Positions 11,801 to 18,824 of a stretch of 64,000 nt of DNA are shown here, piece by piece. Made by a program: the position numbers and the translations under genes. The stretch is from Clostridia bacterium (GTDB lineage Bacteria; Bacillota; Clostridia; TANB77; CAG-508). Under the pieces are notes generated by a model. It searched no databases. It was given only the letters and a program-made list of their open reading frames with translations, and was not told the DNA's origin. The stretch covers positions 24,841-88,840 of the forward strand of contig JAGAED010000006.1 of the NCBI GenBank assembly GCA_017613275.1, given 5' to 3'. How positions within the stretch are numbered: the stretch's first letter is position 1; every line of letters begins with the position of its first letter.

Positions 11801-13149
11801 GAAAGACAACAGGAGATGACTTCACATATGGAAATAAAGCATATCTAACATCTGATACAATTGTTAGAATAGCATCAGATCACACAATAACAGCAAATTG
11901 GGAAGCCAATAATTATACTGTCACAGCTGATTTAAATGGCGGAACAGTTACTTCAGCAGATGGTTGGGATACAACTGGGGCTCAACCTACAAAATCAGTA
12001 ACTTATGATAGTGCTTATGGCACATTGCCAACAGTAACAAAAGCAGGTTACACATTTGATAAATGGACAGGAAAGAATATGTTTGATGAAGAAACATTAT
12101 TAATGGCAATTGACGGAGCAACAAAAGAAAATGGATATTATGTATTTGACCCATCAAAGGCACATTTATTATATTCAAGGATAAATGGAACAGAAGAAAT
12201 AGATCCAGGATTTAAAGAAAATACACAATATACGTTAAGCATAAAAGGTTATACTGACTATGTTTCATCAGCTAATGTATATCAAACAGTATTTATTGGT
12301 TTTGTTTATACAGATGGTACATATAGTTCAATAACTATAAGTGGTGAAACAGAAGTGTTGAAAACTTTTGTAAGTTCAAGTGGAAAAACTGTTGAAAAAA
12401 TCAGCATTTCTTTTGGAAGATATAATGCCAATGCACATATAAAATATATTCAAGTTGAAGAAGGCACAACAGCTACTTCATACGAACCATACAAAACAAT
12501 TACTGCAGAAAGTTTAGTAGCAACAGATTGTAACCATACAATCCATGCAAACTGGACTGCAAACCCATACACTGTCACAGCAGATGCAATGGGTGGAACA
12601 ATTCCATCAACAGATGGATGGACAAATGCAGCTGGAAATGGTTCAGCTACAAAAGAAGTAACATACGATAGTACTTATGGCACATTGCCAACACCAACAA
12701 AAGATGGTAACGTATTCGCAGGATGGTATAAAGAAAATACATTTGTAAATAAAGTTGAAACATCAACACAAGTTACAACAGATTCTAACCATACTATTTA
12801 TGCAAAATGGATTAACTTTACTTTAAGTAAAAATCCACTATACATGAACAAAACTACAACAGGCACTGCAATATTAGCACCACAAGGAACAGAAGGTGCA
12901 GCAGTAACATATTCTGGAAATAACATTGGAGAATTGACATTTGAGAGTCAAGATACTAGTGTTGTAACAGTATCGGCAAATGGAGCTAATACACAAGCTA
13001 CAATAACAACAGCAGCAGGTGCACAAAATGGAAATACAACAAAGGTAATAATAAAAGACAGAACAACAGGCGAAACAATAGGTGAGCTAACAGTAATAAT
13101 CGATACAGAACCACCAACATGGATAGTTCACTTACTTGGAATCGAATAA
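2836..13149 (+). CDS. Giant membrane-anchored repeat protein (3437 aa): two parallel beta-helix-like modules, many Listeria-Bacteroides (Flg_new) repeats, jelly-roll/CBM-like modules, LamG-like module, C-terminal Big_2-like Ig domain
   Basis: ATG 2836 preceded by AAAGGAGAGG (the ORF-track TTG at 2785 has no RBS); N-terminal hydrophobic helix; repeated ...YG.LP.P.R.GYTF.GW... motifs; GGTV/GGTI-rich beta-helix repeats; no LPXTG or SLH motif seen. Confidence 0.9.
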   Translation: MKLPFKPKYLNFRKGSEKGSVTLFVLIAMLFFLMIGMMIFIINMNAETAQKRDVEKIKSEYSANTNETDLEQMYQEAKQRQMGTFFIKLIDKFGVIYNSGEWVNETWLNSENYRLPLTVEPSFPAGLTNIDVTVRDDINGGNVVIKDTNTIKQMAIGTKSTTTDLLVDEGQYTITNNIDSTNEIKVKIDVTKPVVNTISGGEVWIVPDGTDTTLDVSITATDPAVANGKAGSGMEGGKIEYAIGTTAPDGNTTWSTYTGAIKVESSLGEGDYYIYARATDLAGNISEIATSGVIQVRTANYKITTGTDTRYSETLADAIYRANQASTTTESTIQVLRAVNDNSEATIDKTITLDTNGKTVTMANTITVAKNKTATFVDTATTKGKLQRTTGKLITNNGTVTVNGATVESTDMVIHGGTVNVSSGIVNNSETETNATSRAIQATNVNISGGTVSCSASHSIVSTGLITITGGTVSSRNGIAPLNGTLTVSGGTVNGTNQAIYFNSAQSPSINISGGIITGGDCGIAGSVTTTGTTGRANITITGGTVTGATDGIKIGCPNTTLTIGESTNALNKETPVITGTNGYSVNIESATSTFNFYDGKLIGGTKALASEEKRTFFGREMSFNLANDTTANFYTETEGNATRRYLPYTRENDQTHKFETVLEKEVKVTFDKNAEDATCTETERNVLTNVEYKELAGTAQNDTSVTYSNLPRQTGLENETDSKIDRTGYTFKGWQTVENLIPDSVDDWEQGAVNIAGELSNSSTRIRLKNYLKIAPNTKYTITTDNSQQLGVRMICLYDKNLNYQSNAQDLHGAKNISFTSGSNSAYILVALMNNNGTENGGDISVNDIQNSGIYMTAEVTDTTKVTQDTDHTLKAIWEANKYTVHFDGDGATGGTMADQEFEYDEEKALTQNAFTREHTVTYDGNEGTASKANDTATYTFTNWGNKDILGYDLDMSVGNVRQDNIIGNENGYKTLTNTTGSNTQKDFARWTILPTFNPGDKYKVTFYAKGTRGALGADLGIFFYGATDYLQCTKVECSNGAGNTRADGYMGLLLTDKWTKYTVTWTLGSNGDGNVNKYLMFRVYSEANASIYGVRFEKLENEEHADQEVVSNLTSDPNGTVTLYAVWTPHEVTLPSATREGYIFNGWYDATTGGNKIGNAGDKYIPEANITLHAQWRQVHYTVSVGEETLPAETLAEAVGLAEERITGSVTTATITALMNYTDNSTATISKNITIDTNGHEITMANTITVAANTTATFVDTATTKGKLIRTAGKLITNSGTVKIGTNNTDGTDMDSVDRVVSGGDVEVNSGILNLTGAGELDTNFAVISAVNITVNGGQIINDYMHYGLLTYAQASVIDLNGGMIRAQGCGINSYATLNMSGTTQINGETGIITYNNNTTFNITGGTINASNNGIYNSKNGTINVSGGTITGGTHGIYNAANGTINVSGATTSITGTSSQGIRGYTGNVTISGGTIHGNTHGISVNADTLNSGSILMTGGTVESAYYGLLAAGNSTITMGANDGTVSKETPEVISNATSGDYNGVYRNTTATFNFYDGKVTCYTEHSLNAAETSKPDGYQVVKRTADGRETAVLEKELTVTFEPNPGNTTGATVNPTSKTVLTNTAYGELPTPTKTGYSFKEWQTADNLISTNPNDWQQGAINDAAGINGSDLSTRIRTKDYIRVSPNTKYRLSVNNSNNIVIRLVWFYDNDKAFISTNGNEYYVDAFEFTTPSNCHYIRTVLQYGYAGTTDITPSNVTDANIHLTETVTDSTLVTQESNHTLNAIWEANPYTVTADANGGSITATNNWTGNVGDTTATKSVTFDTAYGTLPEVSRTGYTFDKWTGKNLLNLQVPESTPSDTTKNNTTARKFEFNTYIKGIAYNNYYVNDNVGSVTINQNSIKVNAKNGYGAGYALKVNKNTNYVLSYDADGANSVTSIIYYNENGEMISYERTNGNGTKNVQFTTPNDIYYLVVVFSVEKGEFTEYTFSNIMLEEGSTATSYEPYKTITAESLLSTDCDHKIYAQWTPITYNITYNMNGGTNNASNPSTYTIETPTFNLQTPTRDNFTFFGWEVNEGTSVLGSILSQTPTVTINNGTYTFTNATEDNRYTNTKLQLYSSTQSIILQLKQNSNLEKVYGIYDHKLESGVYRLKFAANGSRSDGYVFYNVNLEQGKKYYYQWENTKATDQEYVVNNFKFVEATGNTSVSIPQGSYGDKEFTAYWYANQYTYREYTATFDVNGGNELPEADRTRTLQYATPLGELPTTTKTGYDLAGWFTAATGGTEITAETKMGAANVTYYAHWTAKQYTVSFDANTGTGGQSEAVTATYDSAMPAISTTAPTKRGYTFMGWYDNADYTQGTQYYTAEGESTRTWDKTADTTLYAGWQINQYTLTVDPNGGTWNGQTTATTVTQNYGTTYNVANNATKEGYVFGGWQLVDGNGNRQNIDPNDSNIKYFDDSNGSTQLLKQYIINETSTQKPGVYNNNLNGAVTFNKISDATSPTGYSLEIKTDGTASPSAGGFVNANNSIAGTFYYHKIIAKVPKGYTLNIASNTTGVGYGNYWLTSNTGTGEWRTYIYVQYTGYNKPFSSLGHVYLFGTNNKSVTWWLQESSVYKIANNLTELQATNVDYTFTDSNQKLIAVWRASGSRLTFDIQGGTYGNGTIGTEWTSKSKDYRYDTAYPNAHEVPYYTSDSDFAIYKTGYTLDGWYTEPNGQGTKLFDANGRLIPNVSGYTDANRTWKYYASSFTIYANWVANNYTVQANLNGGTISSAEGWDLTGEKPEKTVTYDSAYGTLPSVSRTGYTFKGWSLLPAGYEQVEYINFNGSQYIDTAVLTKQSLIVEAEFSTTTKSKTFFGGRTSTGANSLVFGYFDNNSSYVGFGKDTTIYSTTINPIDGNKHKVILSNDIYQIDGTDQTINNRSTLTQFNNIYLGTWNNNGSADSRMYIGKIYSFIVYDGPEIVRFMIPCVNKSTGKAGFYDLANGVFYGKTTGDDFTYGNKAYLTSDTIVRIASDHTITANWEANNYTVTADLNGGTVTSADGWDTTGAQPTKSVTYDSAYGTLPTVTKAGYTFDKWTGKNMFDEETLLMAIDGATKENGYYVFDPSKAHLLYSRINGTEEIDPGFKENTQYTLSIKGYTDYVSSANVYQTVFIGFVYTDGTYSSITISGETEVLKTFVSSSGKTVEKISISFGRYNANAHIKYIQVEEGTTATSYEPYKTITAESLVATDCNHTIHANWTANPYTVTADAMGGTIPSTDGWTNAAGNGSATKEVTYDSTYGTLPTPTKDGNVFAGWYKENTFVNKVETSTQVTTDSNHTIYAKWINFTLSKNPLYMNKTTTGTAILAPQGTEGAAVTYSGNNIGELTFESQDTSVVTVSANGANTQATITTAAGAQNGNTTKVIIKDRTTGETIGELTVIIDTEPPTWIVHLLGIE

Positions 13150-13153
13150 AAAC

Positions 13154-13200
13154 AAAACCTTGTTTTTTGGGACACTCCCCAAAAACAAGGTTTTATTTTT
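13154..13200 (+). terminator. PAL palindrome copy acting as terminator of giant gene 1
   Basis: AAAACCTTGTTTTTTGGGACACTCCCCAAAAACAAGGTTTTATTTTT; 14-bp arms, ACACT loop, T-rich tail. Confidence 0.8.
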
Positions 13201-13244
13201 GTGTAATGGGAAGTTGATCCTAAAAATGGTGGGCACTTCATGCG

Positions 13245-13272
13245 TGTCGAATTTTGTCGATGAAATGTCAAA
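13245..13272 (+). promoter_or_regulatory. Three tandem Spo0A-box-like heptamers (TGTCGAA, TGTCGAT, TGTCAAA) spaced 10 and 11 bp apart
   Basis: Heptamers at 13245-13251, 13255-13261 and 13266-13272; the first matches the 0A-box consensus TGTCGAA exactly; they end about 20 bp upstream of the -35. Confidence 0.45.
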
Positions 13273-13290
13273 GAATTTTATGAATTATTA

Positions 13291-13319
13291 TTGCTATTTT
13301 TGAAAAAGGGTTGTATAAT
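13291..13319 (+). promoter_or_regulatory. Putative sigmaA-type promoter (TTGCTA-17-TATAAT)
   Basis: Hexamers at 13291-13296 and 13314-13319 with exact 17-nt spacer. Confidence 0.5.
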
Positions 13320-13467
13320 TAGTTCATATTTTAAATCTATTTTATTTATTCATTAGTTTTAAAATTAGCTAGTATTTTCGGGCTAAGATTCTAGAATATT
13401 TTGATTTTATTACGAGTATTTTTTCAGATTTAAAATATTATTATGATGCACAAGGAGGTGAATAAAT

Positions 13468-13719
13468 ATGAATGATGAAACAAAGAGTTTTCTAGTTGAA
13501 CTATTTGATGTAAGGTTTGCAGAGCAAGAAAAAAGGCTAGATGCGAAATTTGATGCAAAATTTGCAGAGCAAAGAGAATATATAGAAAATAGATTAGAAG
13601 ATCAAACATTCCAAGTTACACAAATAGCTAATGAGATTTTATATGCAGTTAATAGAAGATTTAAGAGAGAACGTAAGAAAACAGATGAAAAAATTGAAAG
13701 TAAAATTGCGGCATTATAA
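13468..13719 (+). CDS. Small coiled-coil protein (83 aa), function unknown
   Basis: ATG preceded by AAGGAGGTG; charged heptad-like sequence (RFAEQEKRLDAKFDAKFAEQREYIENRLED). Confidence 0.7.
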   Translation: MNDETKSFLVELFDVRFAEQEKRLDAKFDAKFAEQREYIENRLEDQTFQVTQIANEILYAVNRRFKRERKKTDEKIESKIAAL

Positions 13720-13854
13720 TTTGTAAAGCTTTATATATTACCAATATTTGTAATATATAAAGCTGTTTTGTTTTTTCTATATTTTACTATGGACATTTTT
13801 TTTATGTTTTGTTATAATATATATGTAAAAAAATGTAGAAAAGGAGGAGCGGTC

Positions 13855-15285
13855 TTGGCAAATAAAACTTTATCTCAAGCTTTTGCAGAGCTAGAGCAAG
13901 CTCGTATGGAATACGAATTTGAGAATAACAGAAATATGAATAAGAATAAATCTCGCAAAAAAAAGAATAAGATTTATGACGTTTATTACACTGGCTCTAT
14001 TAAGACTAAGAAGAATAAGGCAATTAACCAGGACAAGCTATCTTTTAAGGAATGGTTCCAGTATAGAATTAACAAAATGAGATATGACAAAAATCAGATT
14101 AAAAAGCTAGCATTGGTTACTACAGGCGCATTTGCTGTTTGTATAGCAGTAATTTCAACAAATAGCATTTTTGCGGAATACCAAAAAGAGGAAGAAATTA
14201 AGAAAAAGATTGCGACAAATGTTTTTGAGACTAATCATTCGTCACTTAATCTTGAAAAAATAATTATTGAAAATGTGGGAATTACTAAGTCTAAAACAAT
14301 AGTGGAAGACGAGGAAAGACCAATTGATTTCGAAATTAAAAAAGAAGACGACCCTACTTTACCAAAGGGCGAGGAAGTAACTTCGCAAGAAGGGGTTCAA
14401 GGAAAGAAACTTGTTGACTGCGTAAAAAGCTATGAAGATGATAAGTTTATTGAAGAAACAATCTTAGATGAAGAAGTTGCAGAAGAACCAGTACCACAGA
14501 TTATAAAGGTTGGTACATCTGAGTTCTTGGCACATTACAAGGTTCACCTTGGTGACAAATTGTACACAACAGATACGATTAACTTAAAGGAAAAAGCGGA
14601 AGATACATCTGAAAATTTGTGCATTATTTTAGCTTCTTTAGATGTTGATTTGCAAGAATTAAACGAAGATGAAACATGGTGCAAGGTTAAATATGGCAAT
14701 TACGAGGGATATTTACAAACTGACAAATTAACTTCAGAGGCTGTAACACCTGGCATTGGTGAATTAAATAGAAAACAAAAACTATATTCTACACTTGATG
14801 CTAACATGGATTTGACAAAGCCAAGTGGATTGACTTTAGATGACTTTAAAAAAGTGTTAAGCGGAAATCCAGCAGATATTTTAAATATTATAGAAAATAA
14901 TGCTGAGGCATTTTACAATGCAGAACAAAAATACAAAGTAAACGGAATTTTCTTGGCATCAATTGCTATTCACGAAAGCGCTTGGGGAACATCTTACATA
15001 GCAAAAGACAAACATAACTTGTTTGGATTTGGGGCTTACGATAGCAGCCCTTATGAATCTGCAAATACATTTGAAGAATACTCAAACGGAATTGATACAG
15101 TTGCAAAATATTTGGCTGTAAATTACTTAAATAAAGCTGGCGCAGAAATTACAGAAGAATTAAAATCGACTGGTACATATTATAATGAGCCAACTATCGC
15201 TGGAGTTAATACAAGATATTGTACAGACAAAGAGTGGTGCACGAAAATTTTCAAATACATGGAATACTTGTATTCGCGTTTATAA
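13855..15285 (+). CDS. Membrane-anchored peptidoglycan hydrolase: G5 domain + SH3-like domain + C-terminal N-acetylglucosaminidase (LytD/glucosaminidase family)
   Basis: TTG 13855 is 7 nt after AAGGAGGAG; TM helix LALVTTGAFAVCIAVI; G5-like PIDFEIKKEDDPTLPKGEEVTSQEGVQGKK...KVGT; glucosaminidase-like GIFLASIAIHESAWGTS...NLFGFGAYD. Confidence 0.85.
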   Translation: MANKTLSQAFAELEQARMEYEFENNRNMNKNKSRKKKNKIYDVYYTGSIKTKKNKAINQDKLSFKEWFQYRINKMRYDKNQIKKLALVTTGAFAVCIAVISTNSIFAEYQKEEEIKKKIATNVFETNHSSLNLEKIIIENVGITKSKTIVEDEERPIDFEIKKEDDPTLPKGEEVTSQEGVQGKKLVDCVKSYEDDKFIEETILDEEVAEEPVPQIIKVGTSEFLAHYKVHLGDKLYTTDTINLKEKAEDTSENLCIILASLDVDLQELNEDETWCKVKYGNYEGYLQTDKLTSEAVTPGIGELNRKQKLYSTLDANMDLTKPSGLTLDDFKKVLSGNPADILNIIENNAEAFYNAEQKYKVNGIFLASIAIHESAWGTSYIAKDKHNLFGFGAYDSSPYESANTFEEYSNGIDTVAKYLAVNYLNKAGAEITEELKSTGTYYNEPTIAGVNTRYCTDKEWCTKIFKYMEYLYSRL

Positions 15286-15301
15286 TAGAGAGGAATGAAT
15301 A

Positions 15302-16132
15302 ATGAAAATTCGAGTAAAACACGAAAGTAAAGCATTAATTATAGCATTCATATTTTTAGCAGCAGTAGTATATTCATATTGGTATTTCATAATTTCGCCA
15401 ATAATTGGAAACATAAGCTTTGCAAACGAAGTATCAAAATTTTTGGTAAAAAACGAAGAACCAATTTTCAAAATTGACGAAGTAATTCTATATAGTAGTG
15501 CTGCTGCCGAAGACAACAGCGAAGGAAAAATTTTGAAAGACTTAGATATTTCACAATTTACTGATATATCAATTAAAATTGATAACAAGTCATACATTTC
15601 AGATTTGAGCAACAAAAACACAATAAGCGAGCTATATATTGACAACATCACAATTACAAAAGAATCTGATAAAGGCGAAAGCAGGCTTAACTATAAAAGC
15701 CCAATGATTTTTGGAAAATACCAAGATAATATAGAGCAAACTGATAGAATTGATTTTAACATTTTACACACAAACGAAGATAATAAAAATAACGATTTTT
15801 CAACTCCAACATTTTTTACAGACTGCTCAAACCCTATTACTTTAGGGTACTTGAACAAAAATGTAAAAACAGGTGCTGAGATTTCAACTACAACAGAAAA
15901 GATTGATTTTAATGGTAAATTGCTTAAACTTGCAGATGTTCCAATAAAAGATGTTGCTTATAGAGTGAGTTTTCAAATTCATTTAAAAAACAGTTTAGAG
16001 GAGTCATTTGTATATTCAATGGATTTGAATTTGCCAATGCAGGAGAAAAACTCTAGTATTTATGATGGATACATTTTTAAGAAAATGTTGAACCAATCTA
16101 AGTCATATTATTTTTTGAAAGATAATTTATAG
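15302..16132 (+). CDS. Hypothetical membrane-anchored protein (276 aa)
   Basis: ATG after GAGAGGAATGA; N-terminal TM helix (ALIIAFIFLAAVVYSYWYFII); no motif I recognise. Confidence 0.75.
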   Translation: MKIRVKHESKALIIAFIFLAAVVYSYWYFIISPIIGNISFANEVSKFLVKNEEPIFKIDEVILYSSAAAEDNSEGKILKDLDISQFTDISIKIDNKSYISDLSNKNTISELYIDNITITKESDKGESRLNYKSPMIFGKYQDNIEQTDRIDFNILHTNEDNKNNDFSTPTFFTDCSNPITLGYLNKNVKTGAEISTTTEKIDFNGKLLKLADVPIKDVAYRVSFQIHLKNSLEESFVYSMDLNLPMQEKNSSIYDGYIFKKMLNQSKSYYFLKDNL

Positions 16133-16135
16133 AAA

Positions 16136-16183
16136 AAAGCAATAAAAAGCATAAAATATTTTATGCTTTTTATTGCTTTTTTT
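16136..16183 (+). terminator. Rho-independent terminator
   Basis: AAGCAATAAAAAGCATAAAAT / ATTTTATGCTTTTTATTGCTT long perfect hairpin plus T-run. Confidence 0.85.
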
Positions 16184-16276
16184 GACACTATATTGTAAAA
16201 TAAAAATCAAATCTTGATATAAAAATTAAAAATATAAAAATATATATCACAAAAAGTAGAAAACTTTTTATATTAA

Positions 16277-16320
16277 GCTTCCCTAAAGCGACAAAAAATA
16301 TTAAGGACAAGTAGTAAAAT
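16277..16320 (+). promoter_or_regulatory. spoIIE upstream control region: GCTTCCCTAA box, CGACAAAAAATA (0A-box-like, reverse orientation), TAAAAT -10
   Basis: GCTTCCCTAA 16277-16286; CGACAAAAAATA 16289-16300 (identical 12-mer at 2689-2700); TAAAAT 16315-16320 with no good -35, as expected for an activator-dependent promoter. Confidence 0.4.
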
Positions 16321-16353
16321 AAGCCTATAAAAAGTTTTGGAGAGGTGATAAGG

Positions 16354-18822
16354 ATGTTTCAAAATATAGAAGGAGTGGTGGAAGAGGTGCCAAACTACTC
16401 TAAACAAAAAATAAAAAAATTCGGTATACTTGCAAACGTTTTCGAAATAAGAAACATTGCAATATACATTGTAAGCCTTATGGTTTCAATGGTCGGAATG
16501 GGAAATGCGATATCCCCATTTGCGGTCAGCATTTTTGCGGCGTGTTTTGCTACGCAAATACCTTTACTGGGAGTTGTGGTAGTTAGCTTGGTAGGAACCG
16601 GAATAATCTTCGGAATAGAGGGTTTGCTGACATACATGCTAACAGCTTTGGTTATGATTGCAACATTTTTTATAATAAAGCCAAAATATAATTTAGAAGA
16701 AAGAAACGAGAAAATAAAGGTTGCAAAACATGTATTTATTGCATGTGCAATAGTTCAACTTGCTAAAATGTTTATGGCCGGATTTACCATTTACGATTTT
16801 CTTGTAAGTATAACATTTTCAGTAATCAGTGTAGTTTTTTACAAGATTTTTGTAAATTCTCTAACTGTTTTACAAGACATTAGAGAAAAAAGGGCATTTA
16901 CAATTGAAGAGGTTATGGGTGCGAGTCTTTTACTTGCTATTGCCGTAAGTTGTTTTGGCGATTTAGCGATTTTCGGTTTTGGAATTAGAAATATTTTAAG
17001 CATTTTAATTGTAATGTTTCTAGGCTGGAAAAATGGAATTTTAGTTGGAACAACTTCTGGAGTTACAATTGGTGTAACATTGGGAATTATCGCAAATACA
17101 GAACCTATAATGATTGCTGCATATAGCATTTCTGGAATGGTTGCTGGAGTTTTGAATAGATTTGGAAAACCAGGAGTAATAGTTGGATTCTGCCTTGGTA
17201 ACGTAGTTCTAGCCTATGTTTCAAATGGTTACACTATTGAGCTAATTCATTTTAAAGAAATCTTAATTGCATCTATTGGGTTGCTTGCAATTCCTAAAAA
17301 AGTCAATATAGATATAGAAGACTTTATGCACAATGGTGCTAAATTATTTCCAAGTTTTCCAAATAGAGGGCTAAATAGGAGTAAAGAGGCTGCAGAACAG
17401 CTAAATAACGTATCTCAGACTATTAAGCAAATGGCGAAAACTTATAAAAAAGCAGATGAAACTCATACAACAAATAATGTATCAAATGACAATAAAAAAA
17501 TCTTTATTTCAGAATTTTTGGACTGCTTAGAGCCATACAAGGAAAATATGCTATATGAAGATTTATCTAAGACTGAGAGCAAACTTGTTGATGATATTTT
17601 TAAATATTTAATGGACAAGCAGGAGATTGACAAAGAGGTGCTTTTAGGAATTTTTGCTGACAATAATAATTACATAGTAAGCCCTCAAGATGATGCATTA
17701 AGCAAAAAGTTGGAAACAAACATAGAGCAAATGGTAAGATGCATAAATACTGCATTTAAGCTTAGCAAAACAAATTATGTTTGGATGAAAAAGTTAGAAG
17801 AAACTAAACAAAATATGGAAGCTCAGCTAAATAATGTTTCTAAAGCGATTTCTGGAATTGCTCAAAATATTGAAAATGACATCAAAAAAGAGGTTGAATT
17901 TGGCGAAGAAAAACAACAAATTTTAGATAAATTAAAACTAAAAAGCATAATTGCAGAAGAGCTTGTAATAAATAAAAATGGTAGATTTTTTGTAGAAATC
18001 TTTTTGGAGAACTCAACAGTGCAAGAGGCTGGAACAATCGAGTATTATCTAGAAGAGGGAAATTGCAAGGACCAAATTGAGCAAATTGTTAGTGATGTTT
18101 TAAAAGAAAAAATAGTTGTAAATTTAGACGAATGTGTTGCTAATAAAGTTAGCTTGATTTCAGATGACAGATTTGTTATGGCAATAGGCACAGCAAGTAA
18201 ATCTAAAGATAAACAAGAGGTTTCTGGCGATAATATGATTACAACTAGATTGAAGGATGGCAAGTATTTGGTAGCCATAAGTGACGGAATGGGTTCAGGC
18301 GAAAATGCAAACCAAAGCAGTATTCAAGCATTAAATATGCTAGAAAGCTTATTGCTAAGCGGTTTTGATAAAAATACATCAATGGAATTGATAAATACAA
18401 GCTTAATAAACAATGGCGAGGAAAACTTTGCAACTCTTGATATTGCAATAGTTGATCTATATGCTGGTACAATAGAAATGATAAAAAATGGAGCTTGCCC
18501 AACTTACTTTAAAAACAAGAAAAAAGTGCAAGTGATAAAATCAAAATCATTACCAGCTGGAATGATAGAAAACATTCAACTTGAGGTATTTGAAAAAGAT
18601 ATCGAAAGTCATGAAATAATGCTAATGTGCACAGATGGAATATTAGATTCAAATGTTGAATATAAAAACAAAGAACTTTGGATAAAATATTTACTTGAAG
18701 ATATGGAAACAGACAACACCAAGAAAATGGCTGATTTAGTACTAAATGAAGCAATAGACAATAACTTTGGTCTACCAAAAGATGACATGAGTGTGTTTGT
18801 ATGTAAATTCAGAGAAAAATAG
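16354..18822 (+). CDS. spoIIE: Stage II sporulation protein E (polytopic membrane PP2C-type phosphatase)
   Basis: About 10 N-terminal TM helices; C-terminal PP2C/SpoIIE motifs (VSGDN, AISDGMGSG, FATLDIA, MCTDGI); ATG 16354 lies 8 nt after GGAGAGG. Confidence 0.92.
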   Translation: MFQNIEGVVEEVPNYSKQKIKKFGILANVFEIRNIAIYIVSLMVSMVGMGNAISPFAVSIFAACFATQIPLLGVVVVSLVGTGIIFGIEGLLTYMLTALVMIATFFIIKPKYNLEERNEKIKVAKHVFIACAIVQLAKMFMAGFTIYDFLVSITFSVISVVFYKIFVNSLTVLQDIREKRAFTIEEVMGASLLLAIAVSCFGDLAIFGFGIRNILSILIVMFLGWKNGILVGTTSGVTIGVTLGIIANTEPIMIAAYSISGMVAGVLNRFGKPGVIVGFCLGNVVLAYVSNGYTIELIHFKEILIASIGLLAIPKKVNIDIEDFMHNGAKLFPSFPNRGLNRSKEAAEQLNNVSQTIKQMAKTYKKADETHTTNNVSNDNKKIFISEFLDCLEPYKENMLYEDLSKTESKLVDDIFKYLMDKQEIDKEVLLGIFADNNNYIVSPQDDALSKKLETNIEQMVRCINTAFKLSKTNYVWMKKLEETKQNMEAQLNNVSKAISGIAQNIENDIKKEVEFGEEKQQILDKLKLKSIIAEELVINKNGRFFVEIFLENSTVQEAGTIEYYLEEGNCKDQIEQIVSDVLKEKIVVNLDECVANKVSLISDDRFVMAIGTASKSKDKQEVSGDNMITTRLKDGKYLVAISDGMGSGENANQSSIQALNMLESLLLSGFDKNTSMELINTSLINNGEENFATLDIAIVDLYAGTIEMIKNGACPTYFKNKKKVQVIKSKSLPAGMIENIQLEVFEKDIESHEIMLMCTDGILDSNVEYKNKELWIKYLLEDMETDNTKKMADLVLNEAIDNNFGLPKDDMSVFVCKFREK

Positions 18823-18824
18823 AA

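Noticed and set aside
3345-12178. Many 60-112 aa antisense or alternative-frame ORFs inside giant gene 1 (for example 4350-4622, 4737-5006, 9728-10021, 9772-10011, 10736-11074)
   Set aside because: They are fully embedded in a long, well-supported CDS and have no RBS. Their low-complexity composition is typical of reading repeat-rich AT-biased DNA in the wrong frame.
16194-16207. TGTAAAATAAA as a third motif shared between spoIIE and the giant-gene regions
   Set aside because: The string is pure A/T-rich sequence in an AT-rich genome. Its distance to the GCTTCCCTAA box at spoIIE (83 bp) differs from the two giant-gene regions (43 bp), so chance occurrence cannot be excluded.
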